This document shows positions 52,501 through 64,000 of a DNA stretch of 64,000 nt, piece after piece. Every line of letters starts with the position of its first letter. Positions within the stretch are counted from its first letter, which is position 1. The notes below the pieces were generated by a model, which worked only from the letters and a program-made list of their open reading frames with translations, was not told where the DNA came from and did not search any database. The stretch is from Octopus sinensis. Taxonomy: Eukaryota. A program made the translations under genes and the position numbers. The DNA is taken from assembly GCF_006345805.1 (NCBI RefSeq), contig NC_043001.1:111786001-111850000 (forward strand), written 5' to 3'.

Positions 52501-53315
52501 GCGAGTTCTACAACAGTTAATTTCTGCATCGAGTTTAAGTTTCTATTTTATTTTTGTGTGGTTCATTTGAATCGTATACTGAGCTTTATTCACTTTAAAT
52601 CTGTGAACAAAAATGTCATACATATCTATGAACAACGGATACTTAGCAATGTCGTCTTAGATATTTATATTATTAATAGGAGATTTTGTGGGGCTATTGT
52701 AGTAACTGAAGTTTTCGCGTTGTAACAATGGTCGTAGATGTATGCAAACTTCTTGCGTGAACATTTTTTATCATAGAGGTTTCACTTTGGTTTATCACAT
52801 TGGTAGAAGGTGGTAGCGAAATACCGAGAAGCATTTCAACATTAAATAGTAGTTCTGAAATCTGAAAGATGTATTGATGATGTAAGTAGTGAAAGATCTT
52901 CTGAAGCATAGAATTATGAATGCAAGTAAAAGGAATTTAAAGCTATTAAATATGGCGACGGATATTCCTGATAGTTTTACTGATAAAACATATTCAAGCG
53001 ACATTTCCAGAAGTAATTCTGGCAGCCGAACTTTGCCCGTTTCCTCCATAGAATGAATAATTTAATCACGATAATTTAGCTCAACGACGGAATCGGAATA
53101 CGTATTATAGATCGTATAGAGGATTGCCAAGTGGAGAGACATCTTCAACAAAATAAATATTATATACATTTCGAAATTCAGAGATCATTGTAGCGATTCT
53201 CTATTTCAAAATGTTGAATTCAGAATTTTATACAAATACATACTAAAAATGCAATACATTTTATACTGTTGCTTGAAAAACTCATACGGTTTCACACTAT
53301 ACGTTCTCACATTAT

Positions 53316-53442
53316 ACATACATACATACATACATACATACATACATACATACATACATACATACATACGTACATACATACATACATACATATATACATA
53401 CATACACACATACATACATACATACATACATACATACATACA

Positions 53443-53476
<34 letters not shown>

Positions 53477-53490
53477 CATACATACATACA
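53316..53490. repeat. (TACA)n microsatellite
   Basis: Direct inspection. Confidence 0.95.
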
Positions 53491-53964
53491 TGATTTCGTA
53501 TCCAGAAAAGCCACAGCCTTAAACTTAAACAAAATTTTTTATAATTATGAGTATCTTGTCCGTCTGTTTGAATTTGGAAGTACTGGTTGTTAAACGTATG
53601 TTGTCTGATGACGCTTGGTCAGATATGTATGTTTAATTTTTACAGTACTCTCAAATTTAAAATCTTGAATCTCATTGAATAGTGAGAAGGATGGAGTGGA
53701 AATGTGGTTTTTGCATTCTCTTTGCCTGCATGGGTTGTTGAGCATCGTTGTCTGGGAGACTTTCGTATGGTAGAGAAATAGCTAGTTTTAACTGCTATTT
53801 CTAAATTTCGTTACGTGGTGAAACAAATATTTTGCTGAACCCTAATTATAATTATACTCATAATTATAGACATTTTTGTTTAATTTTACCGATAATGGTT
53901 CTTTTAACATACCGAACTATTTGGTAAATGATTAATTATTAATTAATTAATTAATTTTACTCTT

Positions 53965-54012
<48 letters not shown>

Positions 54013-54027
54013 TATATATATATATAT

Positions 54028-54086
<59 letters not shown>

Positions 54087-54256
54087 TATGTGTGTGTATG
54101 TATGTAAGTGTGTATATGTTTGTGTCTCTGTCCCCCAACATCGCCTGACAACCGATGGTGTTATGTTTAGAATAAGTACTAGGCTTACAAAGAATAAGTC
54201 CTGGGGTCGATTTGCTCGACATGGCCGCTGTGAAATGACTGAAACAAGTAAGAGAG

Positions 54257-54325
<69 letters not shown>

Positions 54326-54378
54326 ATGTATACAGACAGACACACACACACACACATACATACATATATACTATATAT

Positions 54379-54428
<50 letters not shown>

Positions 54429-54457
54429 TATATATATATAATATATATATATAATTA

Positions 54458-54525
<68 letters not shown>

Positions 54526-54532
54526 ATATATA
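53965..54532. repeat. (TA)n field containing a SINE-A half
   Basis: Direct inspection. Confidence 0.9.
54112..54256 (+). mobile_element. SINE-A 3' half with internal deletions
   Basis: gtcccccaacatcgcctgacaaccg..cctggggtcgatttgctcgac..tgactgaaacaagtaagagag. Confidence 0.85.
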
Positions 54533-54911
54533 TGTATGCCTCTGAAACATGGAGAGCCACTTGCAGCAACTACAAGAAGTTCCAGACCTTCATCAACAAA
54601 TGTCTCCGGCAGATCCTCCATCTGAAGTGGTTCGACAGAGTGCCAAACACCGACCTGTGGAAAGAGCCAACCAGGAGCCCAATACATGTTCAGATCAGAC
54701 GAAGGAAATGGAGATGGATCGTACACACTGCAGAGAGAACCCTCAAATGTGACACGACAAGCACTTGACTGGAACCCGCAAGGGAAAAGAAAGCGAGGAC
54801 GCCCTAACCAGACATGGAAGTGGAGCATTTTGGACGAGCTCAGGACCACCGGCCTGACATGGGAAATAGCCAAGAAACACGCCAATGACCGCAAAAAGTG
54901 GAAAACAACTG
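54533..54911 (+). mobile_element. Near-identical local copy of the RTE fragment at 56478-56857
   Basis: 379 of 380 positions identical by eye (one G indel at ..CTGTGG(G)AAAG). Confidence 0.95.
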
Positions 54912-54913
54912 CG

Positions 54914-54949
<36 letters not shown>

Positions 54950-54953
<4 letters not shown>

Positions 54954-55372
54954 CGCAGGAGTGGCTGTGTGGTAAGAGTGCTTGCTTACCAACCACAAGG
55001 TTCCGGTTTCAGTCCCACTGCGTGGCATCTTGGGGAAGTGTCTTCTGCTATAGCCCCGGGCCGACCAATACCTTGTGAGTGGATTTGGTAGACGGAAACT
55101 GAAAGAAGCCTGTCGTATATATGTATATATATATATGTGTGTGTGTGTGTATATGTTTGTGTGTCTGTGTTTGTCCCCCTAGCATTGCTTGACAATCGAT
55201 GCTGGCGTGTTTACGTCCCCGTCACTTAGCGGTTCGACAAAAGAGACCGATAGAATAAGTACTGGGCTTACAAAGAATAAGTCCCGGGGTCCATTTGCTC
55301 GACTAAAGGCGGTGCTCCAGCATGACCGCAGTTAAATGACTGAAACAAGTAAAAGAGTAAAGAGTAAAAGAG
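54950..55372 (+). mobile_element. SINE-A, full length
   Basis: Both halves match the other copies. Confidence 0.94.
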
Positions 55373-56417
55373 TATATATAGCGTTCCTTTCCGCTGCTAA
55401 TACAATCTACTCTTCTATTTTAATTTCTAGTCGAGTACGACCTGCTTAAGCCAAATGCATCTCTCTTTTAATTTCACTATCTTAACCTGCACATAATCCA
55501 CTAACTTTTTGGGTAAATTCCTGTTTATTAATTACTCTCTTTCTTTCTAACTCCGCACATTCAAAACGTAATTTCCCATATCGCCTCGCTCCAGCATCCA
55601 GGAAACTACATTAACAAGACATGCATTGCGAATCGAGATCGCCTGCCAGAAGTTTCAGCAGTATTATTAAATACACAGAAATAATAATGGCTAGTTTTTT
55701 TCTTCACTTCAGCGAACCGATCGATTAACATTCTGCTAAGTCAGTGTTTTCAGTCACTGCATGAAAAAAAATATCTTTCCGATTCTCTTCATATAATTTA
55801 ATGATTTTTATCTCATGATTCAATAAATCAATCAGGATATGTTAGAGAAAATTTTGCTCTTTCAAACATAAATAACTGTGTTAGATAATGATCACGTTTT
55901 AATCCTGCAAAGAAAAAAAATAACACGAAAATAGATTTTTTAACATAGAATCTAAATGGACATTGCAACAATCTCATCGCTGTATAAATCTACCATAATT
56001 TAAGTAGCAGCAAATAGCACAATATATGTGAAACCAGTAATGTGACAAACATATACAAAATAATAACTTGATGAATCTGTCTCAAGTGAGTCTTAATATA
56101 CATAGCAATATTGAACAGTTCAAGATCGTAAAGATTTTTCTGCCAAACATAAAGATTTTTTTTGTAATAATAGCTAACCAAAAATGAAGTCGTTACTCTA
56201 CGCATTAATATTTCATTATTGCACAGCGTTATTCAGAATGTGTCAATCTGAATATAAAATTTGTTACTAGCCACAATAAACTTTTTAAGTAGTTTATTTA
56301 TATGAACTAATGTGTGGGAAGTTATTTTCGCAGCTTGCTCTCCGGATTAGATCCCACTGCGTAGGAATTTCGGCAAGTGATATACTGTAACTCAACTAAG
56401 TTAAGGTTAGCTAGAAA

Positions 56418-56910
56418 TTGCCATCTCAACTCGAACAAAACTCCGCTTGTTTAGTTCAAACGTAAAATCTGTGCTTTTGTATGCCTCTGAAACATGGAGA
56501 GCCACTTGCAGCAACTACAAGAAGTTCCAGACCTTCATCAACAAATGTCTCCGGCAGATCCTCCATCTGAAGTGGTTCGACAGAGTGCCAAACACCGACC
56601 TGTGGGAAAGAGCCAACCAGGAGCCCAATACATGTTCAGATCAGACGAAGGAAATGGAGATGGATCGTACACACTGCAGAGAGAACCCTCAAATGTGACA
56701 CGACAAGCACTTGACTGGAACCCGCAAGGGAAAAGAAAGCGAGGACGCCCTAACCAGACATGGAAGTGGAGCATTTTGGACGAGCTCAGGACCACCGGCC
56801 TGACATGGGAAATAGCCAAGAAACACGCCAATGACCGCAAAAAGTGGAAAACAACTGTTGAGACCCTATGCTCCACAAATGGCAAAAAGGATTAAGAAGA
56901 AGAAGAAGAG
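56418..56910 (+). mobile_element. 5'-truncated RTE-clade LINE, ORF C-terminus plus (AAG)n tail
   Basis: ISTRTKLRLFSSNVKSVLLYASETW..RRRKWRWI..ALDWNPQGKRKRGRP..TW, with frameshifts, then a stop and (AAG)n. Confidence 0.92.
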
Positions 56911-57070
56911 AAACTGTGTTGAGAGAAGCTGCGTAGAAGACAGCCCAGTAATACTACTAAAACTTCTGGCAGGCGATCTCCATTTCTTATATGTTTCTTG
57001 TTAAGGCAGTTTTCTGGATTCTATAGTGAGGCGACACAAAATATTTCGTTTTAAGTGTGCAGTGTTACAA

Positions 57071-57392
57071 AGAAGGTGTGTAGCTTAGTGGTTAAGGATA
57101 TTCAGCTCATGATCATAAGGGCGTATGTTCGCTTCCCATCAGCGCGTAGTGTCCTTGATCAAGACACATTATTTTTCGTTGCTCCAGTCAACTCAGCTTG
57201 CAAAAATGAGTTGGGCTTGCAATTCAAAGAGTCAGTCTTGTCCCATTCTGTGTCATGTTGGACCTCCTTAAGAACTATGTTAATTGTACACGCGTCTGTG
57301 TTGTACTGAACCACTAGCATACTCATTTCACAAACAGGTTTATCCGTTGATCGTATTTACTGGAACACTTTTCGTCGTAACCGACGGTGTGC
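57071..57392 (+). mobile_element. Older SINE, head C + tail X
   Basis: Colinear with 11238-11560. Confidence 0.78.
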
Positions 57393-57649
57393 GAGTTACA
57401 ACGAAAGAGGGCAATTAATAAACGGAAAATTTCCCCAAAATGCTTGTAGATTAATTTAATGTACATAGATTAAATTATAGTATTTAGTTTTCACTTAATG
57501 CATATTTTGTGTTTTATTTATATATATATTTGTTTTAAATATTTTAATTAATTGTATCTTATTTTTTATTCTATTCTTTTTATTTAAACAAGAATATATA
57601 TATATATATATTTATATATATACATATACATACATACATATATATAAAT

Positions 57650-57947
57650 AATTAATTGTTATCGCCATATTAATATGGCATTCTTATAGATATAAGAATA
57701 ATCGCTGCCATGGTCAGCTCCATGAGGCCACCGCCATTAAGATAGCTATTGATACACGATCTGTATCCATTATAACCTTCGAACAAGGGAGGTCAGCCGC
57801 TTCACACTGCCAGTCCGAAGGTTATAATGGATACAGATCGTGTATCAATAGCTATCTTGATGGCGGTGGCCTCATGGAGCTGACCATGGCAGCGATTATT
57901 CTTATATCTATAAGAATGCCATATTAATATGTCGATAACAATTAATT
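57650..57947. repeat. 298-bp near-perfect inverted repeat (132-bp arms, 34-nt spacer)
   Basis: 57650-57781 is the reverse complement of 57816-57947 with 2 mismatches. Confidence 0.97.
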
Positions 57948-58032
57948 TCCAGTAAACGCTGCCATAATCTCTTTTATAGAGACTTAGTAATTTTAATATT
58001 TCTATATATATAATATACATATATATATATAC

Positions 58033-58119
<87 letters not shown>

Positions 58120-58137
58120 CATACATATATACATACA

Positions 58138-58454
58138 GTGAAGGCGCATGGCTCAGTGGTTAGAACGTCGAGCTTACGACGGGGAAGCTGTGAGTTCGAA
58201 TCCTGAACCGGGCTGCGTGTTGTGTTCTTGAGCAAGACACTTTATTTCACGTTGCTCCAGATCACTCAGCTGTAGAAATGAGTTGCGACGTTACAGGTGC
58301 CAAGCTGTATCGGCCTTTGCCTTTCTATTGGATGAGATCGGTGGCGTGGAGAGGGGAGGCCGGTATGCGTGGGCGACCGCTGGCCTTCCACAAACAACCT
58401 TGCCCGGACTTGTGCCTCGGAGGGTAACTTTCTAGGTGCAATCTCATGGTCATG
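58138..58454 (+). mobile_element. SINE with head C + tail Y, full length
   Basis: Colinear with 16362-16660. Confidence 0.92.
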
Positions 58455-58650
58455 TTTGTGCGTGTTATTGACGTCAGAAGTGTTTATAAATTTCGACGTG
58501 AAATATTTCTTTTCTCGATAAGTGTAAACGTATTTTAACCCAGTTTTTACACGCTATTGTGCTATTAATTATAGCTTATTTCATTCAAGATTCACTATTC
58601 CGAAACGGATATATATGCGTACACACACATACACATACACGTATATATAT

Positions 58651-58707
<57 letters not shown>

Positions 58708-59384
58708 ATTATATATATATATATATATAATGCACATATACACACGCACGCGCACACACGCATAAACACTCAAACATGCACACACAATCCCTCACACACG
58801 CACACACAATCCTCCACACACGCACACACAATCCTCCACATACGCACAAACAAACATCGATTTTTAGGCGCTTATTTATCATCTTCTCTTTCTATGGATT
58901 TCACCAAGCTTGGCTACATTTGGCACATGTATTATATTGATCAAGTTATTAGTTTCTGTGTTTATCTTTAGTTAGTCTCAAAAAAAAAATGGAAGCCGTA
59001 TTTAATAAAGGAATACTTAAAGTTCTATTTTATGTAATTTCTTTTTTCAAAACTATCCTTGAATGGTGCCTTTATTTTCAGGATAGTTATTTTGTTTTCT
59101 TCTTATTTATATTTTATTGCTCCTATCGGACCGCGTCTTAACTTCAATTACCAAACTTCGATTACTCCATTGACTGTCCATTCAGTTTCTTCTTCCTGCT
59201 TGTTTTGCCAACAAAATTAAAGGATTACTTAAAGAATTTATGCTCCAAGAACTGTAGAGAGCAGTTAGATATTGTTCTATAATAGATTTATATTAAATTC
59301 TACAGGAATAGAACTTTAGAAAAAAAATGTGGGAGTAATTTCCCCGCGATATTGATAAACACGTATGTATATCTATTGAATTAA

Positions 59385-59650
59385 TTTTCTTCTTTTTTCT
59401 TCTTCTTCTCCTTCTTCTTCTTCTCCTCCCCTTCCTCATCCTCCTTCGTCTTCTTCTTCTTCTTCTTCTTCTTCTTCTTCTTCTTCTTCTCCTCCTCCTC
59501 CTCCTCATTCTTCTTGTGCTTCTTCTACTTCTCCTCTTACTCCTCTTCCTCCTCCTTCCTCTTCTTTCTCTTCTTCTTCTTCTTCTTCTTCTTCTTCTCC
59601 TCTTCTTCTTCTCCTCCTCCTCCTCTTCTTTCTCTTCTTCTTTCTTCTTT
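59385..59650. repeat. (CTT)n/(CTC)n polypyrimidine microsatellite
   Basis: Direct inspection. Confidence 0.95.
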
Positions 59651-60371
59651 TTTTTCATCCTACTTCCTAAAAGTGACATCCTGAAAGGTCAACCCCACCC
59701 CTTGTTAGAAAATGTGCTTATTTACAAATATGTTGAAAGGTATACAATGGAAGTAAAAGGAAAGAAAGGAGAAAGAAAATGAAAAATGCTTTGTAATGAA
59801 ATTTCAATTAATTGGCCACATCAAATTGAAAAGAGACTGACCTCTTTCTCTTTCTCTCACTCTCTATCACTGTCTATCTATGTATCTATCTATATTTTCC
59901 CCATCCTTCATTATTTTTCTCCTTTTCTTGATTGTTCTGAAACATCTCTCTCTCTCTCTCTGTCTATTTCACCCCCTTTGCTTTTCTTTCTCTCTTTCCC
60001 TCGATCACCCTACCAAAAGCAGGAACAAAAACATTATTCTTCACTTCTAAACAATGCATAAAAGCATCCGATTCAGATAAATGAGGAAAGAAACATTTTC
60101 TTTCTACTATTTTTAATTTTGATTTTGTCTTGAGGAGTTCGATAAATGAAGGAAAGCGCCAATAAAGAATTATCAAAAATCGTGACTGCCTCCTTTTTCT
60201 CAATATACGGAATCTGTATACCACTTCAAACTCTACACACACACACACACAAACACACACACGTACACACACACGCGCGCGCACAGAGACACGCACACGC
60301 ACACGCACACACACACGCACATGTACACACACACACTCACACACACACGCGCACACACACATATATATATA

Positions 60372-60525
60372 GCTGAAATTTCTAGTAAAACAAAAGACGG
60401 AGACAGGTGTATGAATAACAAATATACTAATTTGACGCTTGGGGAAAATGAAAAAGTATTTTACGTTTCGAGCCTACCTCTTCAACAGAAATGAATGAGA
60501 GAAAATAAAGAGAGAGAGAATTTAA
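60372..60525 (-). mobile_element. PLE-type terminal-repeat fragment related to ~50160-50320
   Basis: The reverse complement aligns with 50160-50320 (ttctgttgaagag..gaaacg.aaaatact..agcgtcaaa..acacctgt). Confidence 0.7.
60458..60492 (-). ncRNA. Minimal hammerhead-like fold (CUGUUGA core)
   Basis: Minus strand ATTT-CTGTTGA-A-GAG[GTAGG]CTC-GAAA-CG-TA^AAAT: helix I ATTT/AAAT, palindromic ACGT helix III. Confidence 0.5.
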
Positions 60526-60555
60526 AAATCATGTATTTATATATATTATATATAT

Positions 60556-60621
<66 letters not shown>

Positions 60622-60698
60622 CATACATACATACAACATACATACATGCATGCATATATATATATATATATAGAGAGAGGTAGATAGATAGATAGATT

Positions 60699-61091
60699 GG
60701 CGCAGGAGTGGTAAGTACCTTGCTTACCAACCACATGGTTCCGGGTTCAGTCACTCTGTGTGGTACCTTGGGCAAGTGTATTCTACTGTAGCCTCGGGCC
60801 GACCAAAGCCTTGTGAGTGAATTTGGTAGACGGAAACTTGAAAGAAGCCCGTCGCATATATGCATATATGTATGTGTGTGTATGTTTGTGTGTTTGTGTT
60901 TGTCCCCCCCCAACATCGCTTGACAACCGATAGTCGTGTGTTTACGTCCCCGTAACATGCCGGTTCGGTATAACAGACCGATAGAATAAGTACTAGACTC
61001 ACAAAGAATAATTCCAGGGGTCCATTTCCTCGACTAAAGGCGGTGCTCCAGCATGGCCGCAGTCAGATGACAGAAACAAGTAAAATAGTAA
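60699..61091 (+). mobile_element. SINE-A, full length
   Basis: Both halves match the other copies. Confidence 0.92.
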
Positions 61092-61126
<35 letters not shown>

Positions 61127-61154
61127 CATGTGTGTGTGTATCTTTCATTGAAAA

Positions 61155-61798
61155 GGATTCATTAGTAGTGGAGACATGTAAACACGTAGGAAGCTGACAA
61201 TTTGCTAGAAAAAACACCCAGGATAAAAAGTGACATAGTTCTTCATCGTAGAAACCACTTATTGCTAGGGGAACTCATGGGTTAGCTCACGTATAAAAAC
61301 TCCATCTATATGTATATATGTACGTATGAATGTATGCCTGTATGAGAGTATTTGTTTTAAGTATGTATTTTTTCTATATTTATTCACATGCATATAGTTA
61401 CATATCTAGTCATGTTCATATATACTTAAATGATAAACTGGAAAGTATTACAGATTTTTACAGTTTCGGTGGTGGATCGGATTTGTAGTCTTCTAATCAG
61501 CTTTCGCTTGTCTGGTTTTGAGTAGCCTAATTTCCAAGATTAATATTTAAGCAGTGTGTTACATATTCCAGTGACCTAATAATTACAAGTAAAAACTGAA
61601 CTTGTAATCTGGATAGAGAACCTGCAGATTGCTCAATAGTTCAGTGTAGGTATTCTCCTTTTCGCTGATCTTTAGCGTTATGTTAACATCCACAAGGCAC
61701 AGTTTCTCTTCTCTGTCCCAGATCATTATATGAGGACTATTGTGTTAACATTTTATTGAGGTTTTCACTGGGACATTCCACCAGTTATTTCTTTTTCT
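61155..61798 (-). mobile_element. Decayed RLE-type (R4/Dong-like) non-LTR retrotransposon 3' end
   Basis: Minus strand (61798-61426) reads NWWNVPVKTSIKC*HNSPHIMIWDREEKLCLVDVNITLKISEKENTYTELLSNLQVLYPDYKF.., matching the restriction-like endonuclease layout (WWN..RPDI.IWD..K..K..Y) of R4-clade elements. The 3' UTR limit is approximate. Confidence 0.72.
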
Positions 61799-61880
61799 GT
61801 CTGTCTGCGTGTATGTATGTATGTATGTATGTGTATGTATGTATGTATGTATGTATGTATGTATGTATGTATGTATGTAT

Positions 61881-62675
61881 CTTCTCTTCTCTATGCCTGC
61901 AAGACGACGTGGGTCACATATCGATGCCATCTTAAACAACTGGAACGTGGATATTAAGCGGGAAATATTGGAAGGCTCTCGGTGTGAAAGTATAGAAGCT
62001 CTTGTGTTAAAGCAAAGGCTCAGATGGAGTGGACATCTGGTCAGGATGAAGGATTCAAGGATGCCAAAACAACTCTTTTATGGAGAGTTAGCTAAAGGAG
62101 AACGACCTCCACATAAACCAAAAAAGAGGTATAAGGACTTGCTGAAGGCTTCCTTAAGAGATGCTTGCGTCTCTCCTGACACATGGGAGGGCATAGCTTT
62201 TGATCGTAGCAGGTGGAGAAGGATTGTGCACGAGGGGACAGCTACTTTTGAGAAATCTCGAGTTGCGCATGAGAAAGTAAGGACGGATATCAGGAAGGGC
62301 ATCGCTGTTACACTTCCAGATGGGAAGGGTCTTCCTTTGATGCTGACATGCAGTGTCTGTGCAAGACCCTGCCTCAGTAAAGCTGGACACAAGAGTCATC
62401 TTCGTAGTCATAAAGCGAAACAGATGAGTGACAACCTGGCCACTGGTGGTGGTATTACACACCATACTAATCATATCTGTCAGGCAAGTGGAAAAGAGTG
62501 TAATTCGGCAGGAAGATTCAAAGGACATGCAAAGGTGCATGAAGCCCACTTACAACTACAGCCGGCTATTACCGGTAAAGATTTTAGTTGCCATAAAAAG
62601 TCAAATTCGATCACAGCACCAATAACAGTTAAGCTTCGTGCAATGGCTATACTCAATAACGAGGGGGCAGCCATC
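61881..62675 (+). mobile_element. RTE-clade LINE 3' fragment with C-terminal C2H2 fingers, between (TATG)n runs
   Basis: Open frame: RLRWSGHLVRMKDSRMPKQLFYGEL..RYKD..DRSRWR, then CSVCARPCLSKAGHKSHLRSH (62349-62411) and a degenerate second finger (62478-62540). Flanked by (TATG)n at 61810-61880 and 62676-62730. Confidence 0.92.
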
Positions 62676-63118
62676 ATGTATGTATGTATGTATGTATGTA
62701 TGTATGTATGTATGTATGTATGTATGTATGTGTTTATTATAAATAAATGGAGTTTAAATAGCCGACAATTTTTCCGTCAGAATTATTTAATGTAGCCTTA
62801 ATAACTGACTTCAATATTAACGTAATATGACAGCGTGTTAATTGATGGAATTTTAAATATATTTTTTTGCGTATCCGTATGTTCAATATACATTCACTTA
62901 ATCTGTCTTAGAAAAAAATATCCCAATATCTCTTAAGTTAAATCCCATAGCTCTCTCTGCAGAACTGAATAAAACATAGCTTAATATCTGGGTCAGTCAT
63001 TACCAGCTCAACAGAAATGTTTACTTTACGAAGAACTAGATATGCAGAAAAATGTTGCCATGAAAGGCTTGAACTGAGATGGCGTTAATGTGGATACGTG
63101 CTAATATTAGACATAACA

Positions 63119-63255
63119 GGTGCATCCTCGTTAAACGAGAAAGGCCATTGCCAAGAAGACTTACTGAAATGATTCATGATTGTTGCCATGTGAAGCCCTT
63201 ATATGACTTTTAAGCCCGGCCAAGCTTTTACACATTTTATTGCATACTAGACATA
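63119..63255 (-). mobile_element. Extreme 3' end of a related RTE (single C2H2 finger plus tail)
   Basis: Minus strand [24 protein letters not shown]. Tail GCAATGGCCTTTCTCGTTTAACGAGG resembles GCAATGGCTATACTCAATAACGAGG at 62640-62664. Confidence 0.75.
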
Positions 63256-63341
63256 TACACATACACACATTTACATATGTATATGTATGTATATATGTAT
63301 GCATGTATGTATGTATATATATATATATGTATATATATATA

Positions 63342-63392
<51 letters not shown>

Positions 63393-63393
63393 A

Positions 63394-64000
63394 TAAAAAG
63401 GTAAGATAACAAAAGAAAGAAAGAGACCTCAATATTATGTAAATAGAGGAAATTTATCTATACAATATGTTACATTACTCGGTAGTCAAGATAAAACTCT
63501 GAGTTTCAGATGCCGAAGTGGAAATCCACAACACCATCTCTTCGGTTATCTGGCTATTTGAAAACGTTATGAAAAAATACCGTTAAATAAAGGGAAATTA
63601 CTCTGTTATAACTCTGCTTGCCTGCGTACTTATACATCGCTCGCATTTTTCGTCATAAAAATTATATAAAAATACATAAAAAATATATAAAAATATATAA
63701 AAATATATAAATTCTTCTTGGGACATAACATAGAAAGCATGTTCTATCTGTTTTCTTTAGGGGACCAAAAACGTAACAGAAACTTAGTCACATGTGGGCA
63801 TGATCCGAAAAGCTCTGTCCTTGTATTTAGACATGTAGTAGGGTCTAAGCTGCTTTTCCAGATAAGCCATCTCTCCATGTCGCATAGACCGCACCTTAGG
63901 GCTGCCGTTAGTATAGGGCTTACATCTGGCCAAAATCTTCCATTGTATGTTATAATCGACACCTTTATCTCTTAAAGACCAAATATGATTAGACAATTGT
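63394..64000 (-). mobile_element. PLE-2: Penelope-like element 3' end (C-terminus after GIY-YIG, plus terminal repeat); runs off the window
   Basis: Minus strand LSNHIWSLRDKGVDYNIQWKILARCKPYTNGS / CGLCDMERWLIWK..LNTRTELFGSCPHVTKFLL, the C-terminal CxxC..LN.R.E..C.H..KFLL pattern of PLE ORFs. Confidence 0.85.
63489..63551 (-). ncRNA. Degenerate hammerhead fold in the PLE-2 terminal repeat (U4C core variant)
   Basis: Minus strand AGATAA-CCGAAGA-GATG..CATCT-GAAA-CTC-A-GAG-TT^TTATCT: helix I 6 bp. One base appears lost at the A9/helix II junction, and the cleavage triplet is GUU. Confidence 0.55.

Noticed and set aside
52895-53049. Protein-like plus-strand stretch (..MNASKRNLKLL..TLPVSSIE*) and overlapping minus ORFs
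   Set aside because: No credible acceptor or start context and no recognisable domain; the length is within chance.
61809-62795. 328-aa ORF as a host zinc-finger gene
   Set aside because: Start and end are (TATG)n read-through, and the core is an RTE ORF C-terminus.

Overview
AT-rich, microsatellite-dense eukaryotic DNA, almost certainly from a coleoid cephalopod (Octopus-type). This is inferred from the tRNA-SINE complement and a mitochondrial ND1 insert. No host protein-coding gene, rRNA, true tRNA or CRISPR array can be supported, and nearly all long ORFs in the track are microsatellite read-throughs. The window is a retro-element graveyard. It holds about 30 tRNA-derived SINE copies, here called A, B and C/D (informal labels), built from shuffled head and tail modules. 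It also holds decayed CR1-, Tx1/L1-, RTE- and R4/Dong-type LINE pieces, two Penelope-like elements (PLEs), mariner/maT/pogo-type DNA-transposon derivatives and a ~130-bp ND1 NUMT. The most interesting signals are: (1) several minimal, dimer-type hammerhead-ribozyme folds in PLE termini, two of which share an unusual CCGA(U/A)GA core and show compensatory base-pair changes; (2) a near-perfect 298-bp fold-back (132-bp arms); (3) a LINE/SINE-shared 3' hairpin with covariation; (4) a 379-bp near-identical local copy of an RTE fragment that ends in a perfect 50-bp palindrome; (5) two mariner derivatives with the same microhomology-type deletion. Boundaries of old repeats are approximate (by eye, no alignment tools).
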